Assembly: GCA_026413965.1 (NCBI GenBank)
Contig: JAOAJY010000004.1
Span: forward strand, 1-54,928
From: Candidatus Micrarchaeota archaeon
Lineage (GTDB): Archaea; Micrarchaeota; Micrarchaeia; Anstonellales; Anstonellaceae
Length of the DNA stretch: 54,928 nucleotides
Direction: 5' to 3'
Shown here: one piece after another, positions 46,091 to 54,928 of the stretch
Numbering within the stretch: position 1 is the stretch's first letter
Layout of the letters: each line of letters starts with the position of its first letter
Translations under genes and position numbers: made by a program
The notes under the pieces: generated by a model
Told to the model about the DNA's origin: nothing
Seen by the model: the letters and a program-made list of their open reading frames with translations, nothing else
Database searches by the model: none

Positions 46091-47572
46091 CTACCACCTT
46101 TTGCCAAGAAGCCAGCCAAACTTCTTCCTGCCCTTCTTTATGATTTTCTTGGTTGTGTCAAACCCAGCCTTGATTACCCGCTTGCCAAGCAAAACTTCCT
46201 TCTCCACAATTCTTCTGCTGAAGTCCCAGCCGTTCATGGCTTGCTGGACTGCTCCCTGGGTGGGATAGACTGCTACCAGATTGAATATTATTGCCCGCTG
46301 CTGGCTTGTGTTCTGCAGGCTGCTTTCGGCAGCAAGTATCTTTGGGGCAAACAAAGCCACCAAAAGGAGCCTCATAGCCCCCGAAAGCAGGAACACCAGC
46401 AGTATCCCTTCCAGCCCAAATACTCGCGCCCCTCCAAAGCTTGAGAGGAAAAGCCCTCCCGCCGCAGCGCCAAAGGCGTTGAAGAAACCGGAGAACATGT
46501 TGTATTTTGACATGAACGATGGCCGAAGCTCCCTTCCCACAAGCGACAAGGCGGTGTTCACAGAGGCAAGGTCAAAGCCAGACCAGACAAAGCCTGAAAA
46601 AATCTGGAATGCGCCTATCCAGATTGGGTCAGCGGAAAAAAGCCAAAGCAGCGGCACGAGCGGAACTGCTGTGGCTGTTGCCAAAAGCACAGTCCTGTTT
46701 CCAAATCTGTCTATGGCATTTCCCCAATAAGGATAGGACACTATCTTGGCAAATATGCTCAATGCGGTCATAATGCCAAGCATCCCCAAGTCAAAACCCA
46801 ATTGATTGAGCATGTAAGGCGTGAAAAAAGGCGAGGCGAATTGGACAGCGAAGTTCATCGAGGCTATGAATGCCAAAAACCAAAGCTCATTCCGGTGGGC
46901 AGGAAGCAAAAATAGGTGCTTTAGCTTTATCTCGCGGATGAGCTGTATGTCATAATTCACATGGGCTATTTTCATGTGGAAAAAGACTGTGGCAAGCCTT
47001 GAGAGGAAGGGTATTGCGAAAACAAAGCCAAAGGCTGCCGCAGCAGGCATGAACAAGCTGAGCTCCCTGATGAGGATTCCGGCCGCAAAAGTGGATGCAA
47101 AAAGGACAAGCTGCATTATCCTGTTCCTTTCTGCAAAAAATCTTGCCCTTTCATTTTCAGGCACTATGTCCGCAATCCAGCTGCTCCAAGCCGGGCTGGA
47201 AAGCATGACCGCTCCTGTTCCTAGCGCAAAGAAAAAAATCACAGCAGTGACCGAAAGCTCGCCTGGCCAGACCATCACAGCTATTATGGGCAGCCAGCAC
47301 AAGGCTTGGAGAAGGGCCCCCAAAATCACCAGAAGTTTTCTGTTGCGCAAAAGCTTGAATGCCTCCAGGCTTGCAGTCTGGACCGCAGCTCCTATCAATT
47401 GCGGCAGGGCAGTTAGCATTCCTATCTGCAAATTGCTGGCTCCAAGAGAGACAGCAGCAGCAGGCAGGTAAGCTTCCCCAAACCCTGACATCACAGAATA
47501 GCCCATGCCTTCGGCTATCGAGTACTTCATTGATTTTTTCCTTTCCTCATAGCTAAGGCTATCTTTTTCCAT
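46091..47572 (-). CDS. MFS transporter
   Basis: About 12 TM helices; WIADIVPENERARFF and WGNAIDRFG loop motifs. Confidence 0.88.
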   Translation of the reverse strand: MEKDSLSYEERKKSMKYSIAEGMGYSVMSGFGEAYLPAAAVSLGASNLQIGMLTALPQLIGAAVQTASLEAFKLLRNRKLLVILGALLQALCWLPIIAVMVWPGELSVTAVIFFFALGTGAVMLSSPAWSSWIADIVPENERARFFAERNRIMQLVLFASTFAAGILIRELSLFMPAAAAFGFVFAIPFLSRLATVFFHMKIAHVNYDIQLIREIKLKHLFLLPAHRNELWFLAFIASMNFAVQFASPFFTPYMLNQLGFDLGMLGIMTALSIFAKIVSYPYWGNAIDRFGNRTVLLATATAVPLVPLLWLFSADPIWIGAFQIFSGFVWSGFDLASVNTALSLVGRELRPSFMSKYNMFSGFFNAFGAAAGGLFLSSFGGARVFGLEGILLVFLLSGAMRLLLVALFAPKILAAESSLQNTSQQRAIIFNLVAVYPTQGAVQQAMNGWDFSRRIVEKEVLLGKRVIKAGFDTTKKIIKKGRKKFGWLLGKRW

Positions 47573-47641
47573 ACGAGCTCTTCCCTTAATTTCTTAGTAA
47601 GGCTTAAAATCAATGCCAAATAAGGCAATTGTGGTGGTTTT

Positions 47642-48091
47642 TTGCTCACCCAGGCCAAGTTTGACCATGCTTTCCAGCTGGCTTTGTTTGCGGTGGGGGC
47701 TTTCCTTGTGCTGTTTGGCGCAGCATCCTCTTTCCTCAGCGCAAAGGACCCGTCAGAGCATCAAAGCATTGAGGAAGCCCTATCTTTTGGCTTCAACTCC
47801 CTTTTCTTTTCGATTTTCTCAGGCGTTCTGATAGGCGTGGGCGCAGCATTATTCATAGATGGGCTGATACTTGGCATCCCAGGAAGCAAAGCCCACATGC
47901 TTCTTGCGTTTTGTTTTTGCGCGCTTTCAATCTTTCTTTCGGCCTCCGCAATCTCCAATCTCTCCACCCTAACTTTCCAGATGATGGTTCTGTTTTTTGC
48001 TGGAATGGCTTCTGCAGGCGCATTTTTGCTGTCAACAGTAGTTTTCGGCATGTCCGGGCTTTTGCGCCTCTACCTTTCGCGCAAAAAGTGA
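47642..48091 (+). CDS. Hypothetical membrane protein (4 TM)
   Basis: Hydrophobic ORF filling the gap between the MFS and yjbQ-like genes. Confidence 0.65.
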   Translation: MLTQAKFDHAFQLALFAVGAFLVLFGAASSFLSAKDPSEHQSIEEALSFGFNSLFFSIFSGVLIGVGAALFIDGLILGIPGSKAHMLLAFCFCALSIFLSASAISNLSTLTFQMMVLFFAGMASAGAFLLSTVVFGMSGLLRLYLSRKK

Positions 48092-48505
48092 CTATTCCCC
48101 AATCGCTTTCACTATCACTCTTTTTCTCCGCTGACCATCAAATTCTGCGTAGAATATCTGCTCCCATGGCCCCAAGTCCAACTTTCCGGCAGTTATCGGC
48201 ACAATTGCCTGGTGGCCAATAAGCAGCCTCTTGAGATGGGCGTCTGCGTTGGTCTCCCCTGTGTGGTGGTGCTTGTAGTCTTTTCTTTCAGGCGCAACCT
48301 TTTCCGCCCATTCCATGATGTCTTGCCACAAGCCAGGCTCATAGTCATTCACCAGGACGGCAGCAGTTATATGCATGGCAGAGATGAGGCAAAGCCCCTC
48401 CTTTATGCCTGAGCGGGAAACTATTTCCTCCACCTGCTTGGTGATGGGCACAAGCTCCTTTTTCGTTTTCGTGCTGAACCAAAGGTATTCCGTGTGCGAT
48501 TTCAA
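48092..48505 (-). CDS. YjbQ/UPF0047 family protein (secondary thiamine-phosphate synthase-like)
   Basis: [33 protein letters not shown]; TTG start after a GGTGG RBS. Confidence 0.92.
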   Translation of the reverse strand: MKSHTEYLWFSTKTKKELVPITKQVEEIVSRSGIKEGLCLISAMHITAAVLVNDYEPGLWQDIMEWAEKVAPERKDYKHHHTGETNADAHLKRLLIGHQAIVPITAGKLDLGPWEQIFYAEFDGQRRKRVIVKAIGE

Positions 48506-48564
48506 GCAACCACCCATCTGTGCAATCGGTTTAGCTTATTATTCTTTTCTGCTTTATTGGGTAT

Positions 48565-49569
48565 ATGGATTCTGCGATAGGCTTGCTGCAATACGCGGCG
48601 CATGTTGTGGCGCTGTTTTTGATTTCTGTTGCAATAGGCAAAGTGGCTGGCCCAATAATTGCCAGAATGCTTGAGTCATTTTCAAGCAGGACCAAAAGCA
48701 CTCTTGATGACAGGATTATACGGGCGGTCAAGACTCCGATAGAGTCGTTTTTCTTCTTGGTCGTTTTTTACTTCCTGCTCCATTCTTTCCCAGAGCTTGT
48801 CGAGGCTGCCAATTTCTTAGAAAAATACACAGTCGCCTTGCTTGTCCTTATAGCCACATTCATGCTTTCCGAGGCTTCTGGCGCAGCCATTCGCTGGTAC
48901 TACGAAGAGGGGCATCGCTCAAAAAGATTGGGGCTGGATTTGTCTCTTCTTCCTCTTGTCAGAAAAGTCAGCAAGCTGCTAATATACGTGTTCGGCATAA
49001 CAATCGCTCTTTCCAATGCCGGCTTTGAGGTGACAGGCATCTTCGCCATCACCAGCGTCATCGCAGTCATCTTGGGTCTTGCATCCCAAGAGACGCTTGC
49101 GAATATTTTCGCAGGCATTGCTCTGCAGCTTGACAGGCCTTATCACTATGGCGATTATCTCCGCCTTCCATCCGGCGAAATAGCCACAGTCAAAAAAATA
49201 GGCATGCGGTCCACCAAGCTTGAGGATTTGCAGCACAACACAATAATAATCTCAAATTCAGAATTCGCCAAAATGCGCGTCACCAACCTCTCGCTTCCCG
49301 ATGACCTGTCGCAAATCTCAATCTCAGCAGAGCTTCCGCACTCCGCTGATTTGGAAAGATTGCACAAGAAATTGTCTTCCGCGCTTGACTCCTCCAGCCT
49401 TGCTGGGCTGGTCAAAGACAAAAGATACTCGCTGAGCGTGGAGCAAGTTAAGCCTTCTACTGTCGTGGTGTCGTTTTCATTTTGGGTCAAAGGATACCAG
49501 CACTCAGCGGCAATCAAGGAGCTTGCGAACCGGACTATCCTCGGCTTCATGAAATCTGGCAAGGGCTGA
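48565..49569 (+). CDS. Small-conductance mechanosensitive channel (MscS family)
   Basis: GLASQETLANIFAG, GDYL, KIGMRSTKL, IIISNS. Confidence 0.93.
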   Translation: MDSAIGLLQYAAHVVALFLISVAIGKVAGPIIARMLESFSSRTKSTLDDRIIRAVKTPIESFFFLVVFYFLLHSFPELVEAANFLEKYTVALLVLIATFMLSEASGAAIRWYYEEGHRSKRLGLDLSLLPLVRKVSKLLIYVFGITIALSNAGFEVTGIFAITSVIAVILGLASQETLANIFAGIALQLDRPYHYGDYLRLPSGEIATVKKIGMRSTKLEDLQHNTIIISNSEFAKMRVTNLSLPDDLSQISISAELPHSADLERLHKKLSSALDSSSLAGLVKDKRYSLSVEQVKPSTVVVSFSFWVKGYQHSAAIKELANRTILGFMKSGKG

Positions 49570-49577
49570 TTGTCTTA

Positions 49578-50624
49578 TCATCTGTTTTTGAGCGCAAGAA
49601 GGCTGCGCGTATATTCTTCCCTGACGAAATCCGGGCCCGCGGAATGAAGTGTTTGTATGAACCAAGCTATAAGCCGGTCATTGTCCTTTCCCCACAATCC
49701 AGATTTTGCCACTATATTCTGCACCCTGTCTCTTCCTATTTTCACCACTTTGCCGGTTTCAAAAAGCTCGCAATTGTCTATGCATTTTGCGTATGATTCA
49801 ATAGCCATGAAAAGAGGAATGAGGCAAAACATCCTCACTCTGAGGGCTTTCTTTGGGAGCAGCAGAATATATTTCATGGCAGAATAAAGATATTTCCTGG
49901 CGTCATCTATCTGCTCCCTGAGGACCTTAAGCGCAGCCTCGCGGTATTCTTTCTTGCAAAGCTTGCTGTATGAAAGGCAGTATTTTTTTATCAGGCTGGA
50001 GGGCCAGTAATACCTTCCAGAAGCTATGTCGCTTGCTATGTCCCTCAATATGTTCACTTTCTGCAAAGCCAGCCCAAAGTGCTTGGCGTATCTCCGCAGC
50101 CTTCTTTTGAGCCTCCAGCTTATTATCTTGTTTATGAGCAGAAGGTCATTGAACAAATATCCAATCACTCCTGCCACATAATAGCTGTATGTGTTTTGGT
50201 CCCTCAAAGTCTTGATTTTCCTTTTCTGGAAAATATACATGCCCTTTGCCATGACTTTTCCCCATCTGAGTATGCGGCGCTGGACGCTTTTCTCCTGCGA
50301 AAAGTATGCTGCCATCACCGATGGCAAGTTCTCCAAAAGCTCCTTTTCATAAGTGTAGTCCAGCTTCTCCAAAAGCCTCTTGCTCAGCTTTTCAGCGCTC
50401 TTTTTGTCAAATCTGCCTCTGCCCATAAGCGAAATGGCTTCATTGAAAAGCGCTTTCTTGTCCTTAAGGCGGGCGCGCGAATCCTCAATAGTGTCCAATA
50501 TCCTGAATATCAGATAAGAGACCATCATCTGCTCGTTGAGCCGATGCGGCAGGATGCGTATGCAAAGGGCGAAGCTTCTGGAGACTTTGGGCAAAATCTG
50601 CCAGCACATGTCCGTCTCTTTCAT
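49578..50624 (-). CDS. Squalene/phytoene synthase family prenyltransferase
   Basis: VSRSFA, YLIFRILDTIED, YYVAGVIG, LQKVNILRD...D...GRYYWP; GGGAGG RBS. Confidence 0.88.
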   Translation of the reverse strand: MKETDMCWQILPKVSRSFALCIRILPHRLNEQMMVSYLIFRILDTIEDSRARLKDKKALFNEAISLMGRGRFDKKSAEKLSKRLLEKLDYTYEKELLENLPSVMAAYFSQEKSVQRRILRWGKVMAKGMYIFQKRKIKTLRDQNTYSYYVAGVIGYLFNDLLLINKIISWRLKRRLRRYAKHFGLALQKVNILRDIASDIASGRYYWPSSLIKKYCLSYSKLCKKEYREAALKVLREQIDDARKYLYSAMKYILLLPKKALRVRMFCLIPLFMAIESYAKCIDNCELFETGKVVKIGRDRVQNIVAKSGLWGKDNDRLIAWFIQTLHSAGPDFVREEYTRSLLALKNR

Positions 50625-50697
50625 CTCATCCTCCCTTGTTTTCGCGGTGGAAAAATCTTCAAGAGAATTTATATTATTGTCGCAACCATCTTCTTCC

Positions 50698-51540
50698 ATG
50701 GGCGAGATTTTTGTCCAAAAAGCCGACGGCAGATTGGAGCATCTGGATTACAACAAGATACGCAACGCTCTAAGGAAAGCCGGCGCGTCAGGCTCTCTTG
50801 CGAATGAAGTCGTGGATGCCATATCGCCTAAAATCTACCAGAACATCCCCACAAAAGAGATTTACCGCCTGGCTTTTGAGAAGCTCTCGGAGCTGAGGCC
50901 AGGGGCTGCCGCCAGGTTCGGCCTCAGGAGCGCCCTTCTTGCTTTAGGCCCTGATGGATATCCTTTTGAGACCTTCATAGGCGCCCTTCTCAAAGGCAGA
51001 GGCTACCAGACCCGCTTGCGGCAAATTCTGCAGGGAAGGTGCATACAGCATGAGATAGATGTGGTGGCAGAGCGCGGCGAGTATATGGGTCTGAAGCCAA
51101 CAAAATGCATTGTGGAGTGCAAATTCCACAACTCCCCTCATTATGAGTGCCATATACAGTCTGCGCTTTACAGCTGGGCGCGCTTTTTGGATGTGAAGGA
51201 GCAGAATCCAGACATAGATTCAGCCTGGCTTGTCACCAACACAAAGTTTTCGCGCGATGTCATCACCTATTCCGACTGCGTTGGGCTCAAGCTTCTTGGC
51301 TGGAGCTTTCCTGAGAACGAAAGCATCCAGGTAAGGATTGAGGAGAACAAGCTTTACCCAATAACTCTCCTGCCTCATCTTGACAGGCGCACCTTCTTGG
51401 TTTTGCATGAGGCTGGAATCATCCTCGCAAAAGAGCTCCTTGCGGCTCCTGACGACAAGCTGCGCTCCTTGCGGATTAGGGAAAAAGACATCCAAAAGCT
51501 CAAATCAGATGCTAAAATGGTGCTTTCAAGCAAGCATTAG
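50698..51540 (+). CDS. ATP-cone domain fused to Mrr-like PD-(D/E)xK nuclease
   Basis: N-terminal VQKADGRLEHLDYNKI...TKEI (ATP cone); FETFI...HEIDVVA...VECK...VTN (Mrr catalytic domain); short helical C-terminal tail. Confidence 0.82.
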   Translation: MGEIFVQKADGRLEHLDYNKIRNALRKAGASGSLANEVVDAISPKIYQNIPTKEIYRLAFEKLSELRPGAAARFGLRSALLALGPDGYPFETFIGALLKGRGYQTRLRQILQGRCIQHEIDVVAERGEYMGLKPTKCIVECKFHNSPHYECHIQSALYSWARFLDVKEQNPDIDSAWLVTNTKFSRDVITYSDCVGLKLLGWSFPENESIQVRIEENKLYPITLLPHLDRRTFLVLHEAGIILAKELLAAPDDKLRSLRIREKDIQKLKSDAKMVLSSKH

Positions 51541-51585
51541 TGGCGGGCAGTCAGGCTTTTATTTTTCCAGCCCATAAAAAGGCGC

Positions 51586-52092
51586 ATGGTGTCCCTGCCT
51601 CTCTCAGCCTCCAAGCAAGAGCGCCTGGTGTTCGAGTACCTTGAGCCTGATTCAAGGCTATTTTTGGCAATTTTCACCTTATTTTCTGCCGCAGTCTTGT
51701 CATTTCTGATTGTGACTCAGCAGTGGTTCAACTCAATATTGCTTTTGGCTCTGATAATAGTGGTCTTCACCCAAATTGACATGCCTTTAAAGCAGCACAT
51801 CGTTGATGCGGATTCCAAAAAATTTCTCATCGTGCACAAGAACATAATCTCCGATAGGGTGGAGGCTTTCGATTTTGTTTTGGCAAAAGAAATTGTGCTT
51901 GAGACATATCAGCCTACTGCTAGCGCAGAAGGCATCCTTGCCCTCCGCATATATTTCAGGGATGGGAAATCGGTTGCTGTGGGTGGCGCAAGGCTTTATT
52001 CCCAGCAGGCTGCATCAGAGATGCTTGCCGCAGGAAAAAGAATCTCTGCGCTGATGTGCGTGCCATTTTCCGAGAAGCTCATGGAGTATTAG
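51586..52092 (+). CDS. Hypothetical membrane protein
   Basis: Two TM helices followed by a small beta-rich soluble domain. Confidence 0.65.
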   Translation: MVSLPLSASKQERLVFEYLEPDSRLFLAIFTLFSAAVLSFLIVTQQWFNSILLLALIIVVFTQIDMPLKQHIVDADSKKFLIVHKNIISDRVEAFDFVLAKEIVLETYQPTASAEGILALRIYFRDGKSVAVGGARLYSQQAASEMLAAGKRISALMCVPFSEKLMEY

Positions 52093-52151
52093 CCTGCCTT
52101 CATTTTTTCATCAAGGAGCGCAGCACCAGGCCTATCTTGTCAATCGCTCGC

Positions 52152-53216
52152 TTAAGCATGCTCTCTCCCCCTTTTTTGCCGTTTTGAAATTGTCTTGAAT
52201 GCTGCCTTTTTCATCCTATTCATTATTGCAATCCCCAATCCTCTGCTTTCAACACCTTCAGTTAAAATAGCTTCTACTCCCTTTTTGTCCATCTTCCTGA
52301 ATGCAGCAAAAAGCCTCTTGGCAACCTTTTGCGGCTTTTCCCCCAAAAACTCCACCACGTCCGCATCCGCGCGGATATTTTTTGATGTCAAAATCACTCC
52401 GAATTTTTTGCCTTTCAGCCTGAATTCGTCAATCATCTCGCTCATCATCTTCCGCACGTCTTTCCTGTTTCCCACCAGGAGAAAAACCTTTGCTTTTGGG
52501 GCGTAGTGGCGGTATCTTGTCCCAGGAGAGCGCGCCATCAGCTCTTTTTTCTTTTGCGCTTTCTCCAAAATCTCGACCCTCCCCAGCGCCCTTTTCAGCT
52601 TGCCAAGCGTTATGCCTCCTGGGCGCAGAATGACTGGCGGGCTGGCGGTCATATCCAAAACAGTCGATTCTATCCCAATTTCCGTGCTTCCGCCATCAAT
52701 GATTGCGTCAATCCTTCCGCCCAAGTCTTCAAGCACATGGCTGGCGGAAGTGGGGCTAGGTTTTCCGAATAGGTTTGCTGATGGGGCTGCAATAGGCGTT
52801 CCCGCAGCTTTTATCAAGCCAAGCGCAATAGGGTGCCTTGGCATCCTTATGGCAACCGTTTCCAATCCGCCTGTCGTGATGCTGGGCACATTGGGCTTTT
52901 TGGCCAGCACAAGCGTGAGAGGGCCAGGCCAAAACAGCCTCATGAGCTTTTTTGCCTTTTCAGGCACCCAATCCGCAATTTTTTCCGCCTGCTCAATGCT
53001 TGCGACATGCACAATCAGCGGGTCATCGCGAGGCCTTTTTTTAGCCAGGAATATTTTCTCCACAGCAGCAGGGTTGAGCGCATCTGCGCCCAAGCCGTAC
53101 ACCGTCTCGGTTGGGAAGGCGACCAGCCCTCCTTTCTTTATTATTTCCGCAGCTTCCATCAGCTTTCTTGAAAAGCCTTTTTTCCCGCCTTCAATCCTTA
53201 TGATCTTGGTTTTCAT
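52152..53216 (-). CDS. sua5: Threonylcarbamoyl-AMP synthase Sua5 (YrdC plus SUA5 domains)
   Basis: FPTETVYGLG, KKRPRDDPLIVH, AAPSAN, STVLD, SPGTRYRHYAP. Confidence 0.96.
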   Translation of the reverse strand: MKTKIIRIEGGKKGFSRKLMEAAEIIKKGGLVAFPTETVYGLGADALNPAAVEKIFLAKKRPRDDPLIVHVASIEQAEKIADWVPEKAKKLMRLFWPGPLTLVLAKKPNVPSITTGGLETVAIRMPRHPIALGLIKAAGTPIAAPSANLFGKPSPTSASHVLEDLGGRIDAIIDGGSTEIGIESTVLDMTASPPVILRPGGITLGKLKRALGRVEILEKAQKKKELMARSPGTRYRHYAPKAKVFLLVGNRKDVRKMMSEMIDEFRLKGKKFGVILTSKNIRADADVVEFLGEKPQKVAKRLFAAFRKMDKKGVEAILTEGVESRGLGIAIMNRMKKAAFKTISKRQKRGREHA

Positions 53217-53225
53217 GCCATGCCC

Positions 53226-53762
53226 TCATAGGCTATCCATGATGTGCTTCGCAGCCGAGATAAAGTCATCTGCCACATAATCAGGCTCTATTCTTTTTTC
53301 CCTGAGCTCATCAAAGTGCTTGGCTCCGTGCCCGGTAAGCACATATATTGCCTTGCATCCAGCATTTTTCCCCATCAGCACATCAGATGGATGGTCTCCT
53401 ATCACCCATGATTCTGCAAGATTCACATTGAATTCCCTCTCAATCTGCCTGGCGTATTTGGTGCTTGGCTTTTTGCAGTCGCATCCTTCAACATGCGGGC
53501 AAAAGTAGGTTTTCTCTATCCTTATTCCTTCTTTTTCCAGTATGCCCAAAAGATGGTTGTTGAATTGGTGGAAGTCCTCAACAGTGTAATAGCCTCTTCC
53601 AATGCCCGATTGGTTGGTTATGATGAAGAACATGTAATCATTCTGCAGCATCCTGAGCCCTTCCACCACGCCCGGCAATATTTTCAGCTGCTCTATCTTG
53701 TGGGCATAGCCGAAATCCTCGACCAAAGTCCCATCCCTGTCCAATATCACGCTTTTCCTCAA
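53226..53762 (-). CDS. HAD family IIIA phosphatase, GmhB-like
   Basis: LDRDGTL, TNQSGIGRG, CPH...CDCKKP, IGD...D; TTG start. Confidence 0.88.
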   Translation of the reverse strand: MRKSVILDRDGTLVEDFGYAHKIEQLKILPGVVEGLRMLQNDYMFFIITNQSGIGRGYYTVEDFHQFNNHLLGILEKEGIRIEKTYFCPHVEGCDCKKPSTKYARQIEREFNVNLAESWVIGDHPSDVLMGKNAGCKAIYVLTGHGAKHFDELREKRIEPDYVADDFISAAKHIMDSL

Positions 53763-54070
53763 TCAAATCCCCTGCCGTTCAGTCCATTTTTGCTCAGAAG
53801 CTACTCCGCATGGTCATTGCATTTGGCTAACCAACTGGAGCGGTGTCATCATAGCAAAAAGATATGTGATCCCGGTTTTTTAAAGAATTATACACAGCGG
53901 CTGGAATTTGCAGAAAAGATAGATTTAAAAATGGTTATTGAAATAAATGAAGTAGCTAAGAGTGGTTAAATATGACGTATAAATATGCTGGCAAAAAAGA
54001 TATTCTTTTTGTTAAGGTGATCTTTTCCAGTTAGAAAAATTGTTGCAAAAATGCAAATAGAGGGTGTGAC

Positions 54071-54928
54071 ATGGCAAATGCCGCATTTTCAAAAAATATG
54101 CAAATGGCAGGTTGTGGGGATGTGCATTCTAATCAAAGCAAAAGCAAAGCTTTCAGAAATCCTCTGAAAGAAGAAATTCAAACAACTGCAGGGATTTCTG
54201 AAAAGATAAAAACCGCAAAGAGGTTGCTTGAAGCCTGCCAAAAATGTTCCGAAATCATTGGTTTTCTTTCTAAAAATAACTACGAGGATCTTTTCGATAG
54301 GAAAGGATACGTGAACTTTGCATTGGAGCAGGCAAGAATGGGTTTTTTTGACCAAGCCCTTAATGCAGCCTCGAGAATAAAAAGCCAAGCATATCACTCT
54401 TTGGCATACAGTCAAATTGCAGAAGAGCAGGCAAAGGCGGGGCTTTTTGAGCAGGCTGTTATTGCAGTATCCAGGCTAAGAAAGTACAGCATCGAATACG
54501 AAAAAACATACGAAAAAATTGCAGAAGAGCAGGTAAAAGCTGGAAGGGTCAAGGATGCGCTACGCACTGCAGAGAAGATAAAAGACAGCGACTATCGCTA
54601 TTCTGCCTATGCAAAGATTGCGTCAGAGCTGGCAATGGCAGGGAAATTCAGTGATGCGCTAAAGATTGCAGAGAAAATACAGTGCAGCTATCAGAGCTCC
54701 CCGGCATACCGGCGCATCGTAGAGGAGCAGGCAAAGGCAAGATTATTTAAGCAAGCCATTCGGCTGGCATCGAAAATCCAGGAGCCAGGAGAGCGTTTTG
54801 AAGCATATTTTGCTATTGCAGTAGAGCAGGCAAAGGCTGGCGAAAATTCAGAAAAAGCATTTTCCCAAGCACTTGCTTCAGCATCTGAAATAAGATCTGA
54901 AAGCTATCGCTTGCGAGCATACCAACAG
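54071..54928 (+). CDS. TPR-like alpha-helical repeat protein (runs off the window edge)
   Basis: Not in the ORF track. Open from ATG 54071 (GAGGGTG RBS) to the window end; ~32-33-aa repeats such as AYSQIAEEQAKAGLFEQAV, TYEKIAEEQVKAGRVKDAL, AYAKIASELAMAGKFSDAL, AYRRIVEEQAKARLFKQAI. Confidence 0.85.
   Translation, partial: MANAAFSKNMQMAGCGDVHSNQSKSKAFRNPLKEEIQTTAGISEKIKTAKRLLEACQKCSEIIGFLSKNNYEDLFDRKGYVNFALEQARMGFFDQALNAASRIKSQAYHSLAYSQIAEEQAKAGLFEQAVIAVSRLRKYSIEYEKTYEKIAEEQVKAGRVKDALRTAEKIKDSDYRYSAYAKIASELAMAGKFSDALKIAEKIQCSYQSSPAYRRIVEEQAKARLFKQAIRLASKIQEPGERFEAYFAIAVEQAKAGENSEKAFSQALASASEIRSESYRLRAYQQ

Noticed and set aside
53763-53860. Small minus-strand ORF or pseudogene upstream of the GmhB-like gene
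   Set aside because: It has only a dozen codons before a stop and no recognisable similarity.
16-54415. Numerous long overlapping ORFs in the track (e.g. 1284-1895, 21566-22477, 38200-39015, 44929-45615, 50079-50807)
   Set aside because: They are antisense or off-frame shadows of confidently identified genes, with no motifs or RBS support.
54350-54900. DNA-level ~96-99-nt periodic repeats as a non-coding repeat array
   Set aside because: They are explained by the in-frame TPR-like protein repeats.

Overview
Gene-dense archaeal chromosome segment (~50% GC). It carries PolD DP1/DP2, topoisomerase VI A/B, eS1, uS15, NAC, archaeal-type Arg/Val/Leu tRNA ligases, TATA-box promoters, GGAGG/GGTGA RBSs and BHB tRNA introns. 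The compact layout, COG1361/ABC module and many orphans suggest a DPANN lineage such as Micrarchaeota; this is inference and no marker phylogeny was run. Most of the window is housekeeping: translation, tRNA modification, replication, UvrABC repair and transport. The most unusual region is 7.8-10.9 kb. There an orphan Csa3-like CARF-wHTH regulator, with no cas genes or CRISPR array in the window, sits divergent from three small unknown genes across a promoter carrying repeated YGGCA boxes. It is followed by an intron-containing tRNA-Pro whose 3' exon is overlapped by nth, and a tRNA-Arg(TCT) with a 196-nt BHB intron holding two identical 56-nt structured units that look like C/D-box guides. 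Other items of note are a four-hairpin leader upstream of rps15, an ATP-cone/Mrr nuclease fusion, a squalene/phytoene synthase, a GT3 glycogen synthase, a transglutaminase-like surface protein with a Cys-hydrophobic-RR C-terminal tail, and an AT-rich GT4 gene splitting uvrB from uvrA. No rRNA, CRISPR array, integrase or transposase was recognised. Start codons were adjusted by eye where RBS or homology suggested a better start than the ORF track.
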